Shown in pieces: positions 60,753 through 64,000 of a stretch of 64,000 bases of DNA (position 1 is its first letter; each line of letters starts with the position of its first letter). Both the position numbers and the translations under genes were made by a program. The stretch covers positions 1 to 64,000 of the IMG/VR virus record IMGVR_UViG_3300033121_000370; one strand, 5' to 3'. The notes beneath the pieces are model-generated. The model saw only the letters and a list, made by a program, of their open reading frames with translations, had not been told where the DNA came from and made no database searches. This stretch comes from a virus (Duplodnaviria; Caudoviricetes).

Positions 60753-62729
60753 TTATTCTGTGGTTAAGCCATCTGTGTCGATGGTTGAAATATTAGATGA
60801 GCTTACAGCGTCGGCATCCCCACCTTGACCTAAGTAGGCTCCGAGAAGTTCGTCCCGCTTAACCATAGCCTCCTGGGCAGCTTCAGTGTTCCCAGATTCC
60901 ATAAACTTGGCAATCAGGTTATTATAGGAAGTAATAAGCTGGGGATTAATACGAATACCTGCTTGGGCTTTAGAAAGGGCTAGCGAGTATGCCTGGTCTA
61001 GCTGTCTCTGCTTAAGTGCCTCGTTCACCTGATTAGCTCTACGCTGCTCCTGGAGCATACCTTCATTGTAATCAGCTGTACGGCCTCTGGACATTGCTTC
61101 GGCTACATCAGCACCACGCTTATTGGAAGTTTCCTGGCGTTGGTTCTTCATACCCTCGTATGTCTCTAGGGCATTACCGACACCTGAAGCAAACTGGTAG
61201 CCAGCATCGTTGGGATTACCTGAAGCACCTAGAAGGCCTAGACCCATAGCAAGCATTGGATTCATCTCGAACATCTTGTCCATGCCTGTAGAGGTATCCG
61301 GGAATAGGTCAGCCATTGTAGAGACCTCTGTCTGGCCCTTATCAGCGCCTAAGGGGTTGTAAGCATTGGGGCTGGGCTGTTCCTTACCGCCTTGGGTTAG
61401 GCTTTGGAGGATACCTTGAAAAGCTGGGTTAATCTCTCCCGAAGGCATCCCCTGAACATCTGTAGGTGCTGCGGGGCCGAACTGCTCACCGTAAGAAGTA
61501 GGAACAAATGGAGGAGTACCTACCTGTTGCTGCTGGGGCATACCTGCTGGAGCTGTAGCAGCGTCCCACAGTTCTCCGGGACTGGGGGGAACTAGCGATA
61601 GTAAGCCACGGCCAGCACTCTCGAAGAGACCCCCAACTGGGTTACTAACATTCTCTTTTAACCAAGCTAGAATAGCCGGGTCTGTCTCGTAAGAAGGGTC
61701 TTGGTAAGTGGCTCTTCCAGGGTTACGAATACGACCTCGGTCTACTTGACCGCCTTCAGCATAGCCCTCTACGAGACCACCTTCAGCCTTCTTGTTGGAG
61801 TTGAAGATGCCTGTGTTGCTAAGGAATCCTAAGCCAGTGCTTAGGCCCCCTAGGATTGAGTTTAGAGTACTCTGCTGGGGATATGTGTTAGCCTGAGTAG
61901 TTGTCTGGCCTGTCTGATACTTCGACATATCAGCACCATTAACAAGATTGCTAAGGAAGCCAATCTGGCCCTTGTTGTAATCCCTCTGGTTAGTAAAGTC
62001 CTGGTAAGCTGTATCCAAGCCAGTCTGTGCCAGGTTACGCTGGATGTTACCTGAGTTATAAAGAGCCTCAGTATCCTTAAGCTTGTATGCCTGATTAGCA
62101 TCACCAAGATTAGATAGACCTTGGGCATACTGAAGGTTAGGCTGAAGCCGGTCAATGCCAAACTGGCGGTCTTTGTTAAATTGGTCAACTGCTTGGCCAT
62201 AACCTGAAGAATAGAGGTCAGCTACTGTAGAGTTCAGATTACGCTGAGTATTACCAAATAGTTCCTGCTCAGCAATGGCCTGGCGAGAACCACCAAAGGC
62301 ACCAGCTAAGCCAGCAGAACCACGAAGCCGATTAAGCTCCTGTTGGTTGGTACGCAAGGCCTGTTCAGTTGTAGTGTTTACTACGCCCTGAATGTAAGGA
62401 TTCATGTACTGATTGAGTTGGTCAGTACCAAATGTACTTGGCATATTGCCTAGGGCTTGTAGCCCTTGCATACCCTGGTTTAGAGCAGTACCTGCCTGGT
62501 CGTACAGGCCTTGCTGAGAACCCTGTAGGTTACGGGTCTGCTGAAAAGACTGTAGCTCATCAGGCGTAAATCCAGCTACACGCTGGCCTGTATACGCAGT
62601 GTACGGAGTGTTCGCCTCAGCCTTAGCTGCTCCTAAGGTGTCATAGAGAAGACCCTGGAGATAAGTGTCATAGGAGGACGAAGAAGTTGAATTAGCCCCA
62701 GTAGCTGTGGGTGGTTGAATTAGAGCCAT
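60753..62729 (-). CDS. internal virion/DNA-transfer protein
   Basis: YTGQRVAGFTP, NPYIQGVV, AGAFGGSRQAIAEQE; Gln/Gly-rich. Confidence 0.75.
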   Translation of the reverse strand: MALIQPPTATGANSTSSSSYDTYLQGLLYDTLGAAKAEANTPYTAYTGQRVAGFTPDELQSFQQTRNLQGSQQGLYDQAGTALNQGMQGLQALGNMPSTFGTDQLNQYMNPYIQGVVNTTTEQALRTNQQELNRLRGSAGLAGAFGGSRQAIAEQELFGNTQRNLNSTVADLYSSGYGQAVDQFNKDRQFGIDRLQPNLQYAQGLSNLGDANQAYKLKDTEALYNSGNIQRNLAQTGLDTAYQDFTNQRDYNKGQIGFLSNLVNGADMSKYQTGQTTTQANTYPQQSTLNSILGGLSTGLGFLSNTGIFNSNKKAEGGLVEGYAEGGQVDRGRIRNPGRATYQDPSYETDPAILAWLKENVSNPVGGLFESAGRGLLSLVPPSPGELWDAATAPAGMPQQQQVGTPPFVPTSYGEQFGPAAPTDVQGMPSGEINPAFQGILQSLTQGGKEQPSPNAYNPLGADKGQTEVSTMADLFPDTSTGMDKMFEMNPMLAMGLGLLGASGNPNDAGYQFASGVGNALETYEGMKNQRQETSNKRGADVAEAMSRGRTADYNEGMLQEQRRANQVNEALKQRQLDQAYSLALSKAQAGIRINPQLITSYNNLIAKFMESGNTEAAQEAMVKRDELLGAYLGQGGDADAVSSSNISTIDTDGLTTE

Positions 62730-62737
62730 GCTTGTTG

Positions 62738-63910
62738 TTACTTACCCCTCATCGCGGTCTTCTGAAGCTTTACCGGGTCTACGGATTCGCCATAGAGCTT
62801 GTTAATTTCCTGTTGTACCAAATTCTTAATACGAGCTGAGCCAGCCTTGCTAGACCCTCTGCCGAGCATGGCTACCTGAAGAGCGGGTACAACGTGCTCC
62901 CCATCACTTAGGGCTGCCGGAGTTCCACCACCAATTATGGCAGGAACACCGTCGGACATGCCATCACCTGGCCCACGGACTATGCCACCACGGGCCATAC
63001 CAGCTGCCTGTAGGAAGGCAGACCTGCGCTGACCTCCCCCTTGTTGCTGAAGTTGCTGAATAAGGGCTGCTAACTGAGCCTGGTCATCTGAGGAGTAACT
63101 GCTTTGACTATTAGACGTAACTCCTTCTAGTCCCGAAGCTAGTTTAGCCAGACTTGATACATTCGTCAACCCTGAGCTGCCGCTCCCTAAAAACCTTGAG
63201 GCTTTACTAAGTGGAGAAAAGAATGGGCTAACAGACCCGGAAGCGCCTACTTTACCAGCAGCCTTTGTAAGACCACTTAAGCCACCAGCACCGCTGAAGG
63301 CACCACCAGCACCACCAAGAGCTGCCCCGAGAAGGGCACCCTTGGCTCCACCGCCCGAGATTAGTCCACCTAAACCACCTAGACCAGCACCAGCAAGAGC
63401 TGAGCCAGCTGTAGCACTAATGCCTAATCCGGCACCTAGGGCTGTCCCGATACCGGGAGCAAGAAAAGAAAGAGCGATAGGGGCTACTAGGCCCATTATG
63501 CCCCCGAGGCCCCCCTTCTTATTGCGCTTGGCAATAATGGGGTCTAGGGCTCCAGGGACTTGACTCCAATTAGAAACCGGCTTACCCCCTTTGTAAACGA
63601 CAATCTTGTTGATGTCGTCAAGGGTATCTGCTACACCCTTTTGGCCAGTATCTTGGTCAGTTCCTTTCCAGAGGCCCCACTTCTTTTCTAGGATGAACTT
63701 GTACGGGTCAGAGAGGGAACTATAAGCCTGTTGGTTAGCCATAGCTTCACCCCCGCTGCCTATGAGATTAGTTAAGCCTCGTGGTTGCTGGGTATCTAGA
63801 GCTGGACGACTGAACGTAGCTACTGGTTCGCTAAAGCCTTTTTGGCCATACGAATAGAGATTATCCGGGCTGTACTCTTTAGCGTAAGTATCGGTGTAAG
63901 CAGTTGTCAT
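62738..63910 (-). CDS. internal virion protein
   Basis: Gly-rich hydrophobic segment; ARGG..GPGDGMSDGVPA..LSDGEHV. Confidence 0.7.
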   Translation of the reverse strand: MTTAYTDTYAKEYSPDNLYSYGQKGFSEPVATFSRPALDTQQPRGLTNLIGSGGEAMANQQAYSSLSDPYKFILEKKWGLWKGTDQDTGQKGVADTLDDINKIVVYKGGKPVSNWSQVPGALDPIIAKRNKKGGLGGIMGLVAPIALSFLAPGIGTALGAGLGISATAGSALAGAGLGGLGGLISGGGAKGALLGAALGGAGGAFSGAGGLSGLTKAAGKVGASGSVSPFFSPLSKASRFLGSGSSGLTNVSSLAKLASGLEGVTSNSQSSYSSDDQAQLAALIQQLQQQGGGQRRSAFLQAAGMARGGIVRGPGDGMSDGVPAIIGGGTPAALSDGEHVVPALQVAMLGRGSSKAGSARIKNLVQQEINKLYGESVDPVKLQKTAMRGK

Positions 63911-63916
63911 CCCTAG

Positions 63917-63947
63917 ATTATACCATAATAAGCGGAGCGAACGCCCC
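63917..63947 (-). promoter_or_regulatory. extended -10 for a leaderless mRNA, preceded by the 16-bp motif
   Basis: GGGGCGTTCGCTCCGC-TTATTA-TGGTATAAT-CTAGGG-ATG. Confidence 0.55.
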
Positions 63948-64000
63948 TATAAGAGGTTAAAACAGACGTTCTATATATACGTAGGTGTACCTCTCGTTAA

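Noticed and set aside
1-64000. Stop-codon reassignment suggested by frequent TAG/CTAG
   Set aside because: All conserved genes are full length in the standard code, TAG is used as a stop, and there is no suppressor tRNA

Overview
The window is 64 kb of a lytic, podovirus-like dsDNA phage genome, cut inside the virion genes at both ends, so the genome is longer than the window. Minus-strand late arm 1 (1-12450): TerS, an intein-split TerL, portal, a GroES-like protein, scaffold, major capsid protein and a free-standing LAGLIDADG nuclease. A 1.3-kb non-coding divergence region (12450-13740) holds repeat arrays, a G-tract cluster and promoters. The plus-strand early region (13.7-32.5 kb) carries an unusually complete RNA-repair set: cyclic-phosphate receiver protein, RtcB, Ro60/TROVE with three Y-RNA-like hairpins, Rnl2-like ligase, calcineurin-like phosphoesterase and a Zn deaminase. 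It also holds several unexplained structured RNAs, tRNA-Met and a pentapeptide-repeat/amidoligase + glutamine amidotransferase pair. A T7-like replication module follows (primase-helicase with intein, Pol A, SSB, thioredoxin, exo/endonuclease, thymidine kinase, class II RNR with intein); no RNA polymerase is visible. Minus-strand late arm 2 (46.2-64 kb): lysis genes, a glycosyltransferase/Maf-like/radical SAM/FkbM cluster and large internal virion proteins. Top leads: (1) a TerL intein that appears naturally split after 30 aa while its C-fragment keeps a full homing endonuclease; (2) the RNA-repair plus Y-RNA/tRNA-mimic ncRNA system; (3) the late glycosylation cluster; (4) the pentapeptide-amidoligase fusion. 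All family calls are by-eye motif recognition and all RNA folds are manual pairing; no database search or folding program was run.
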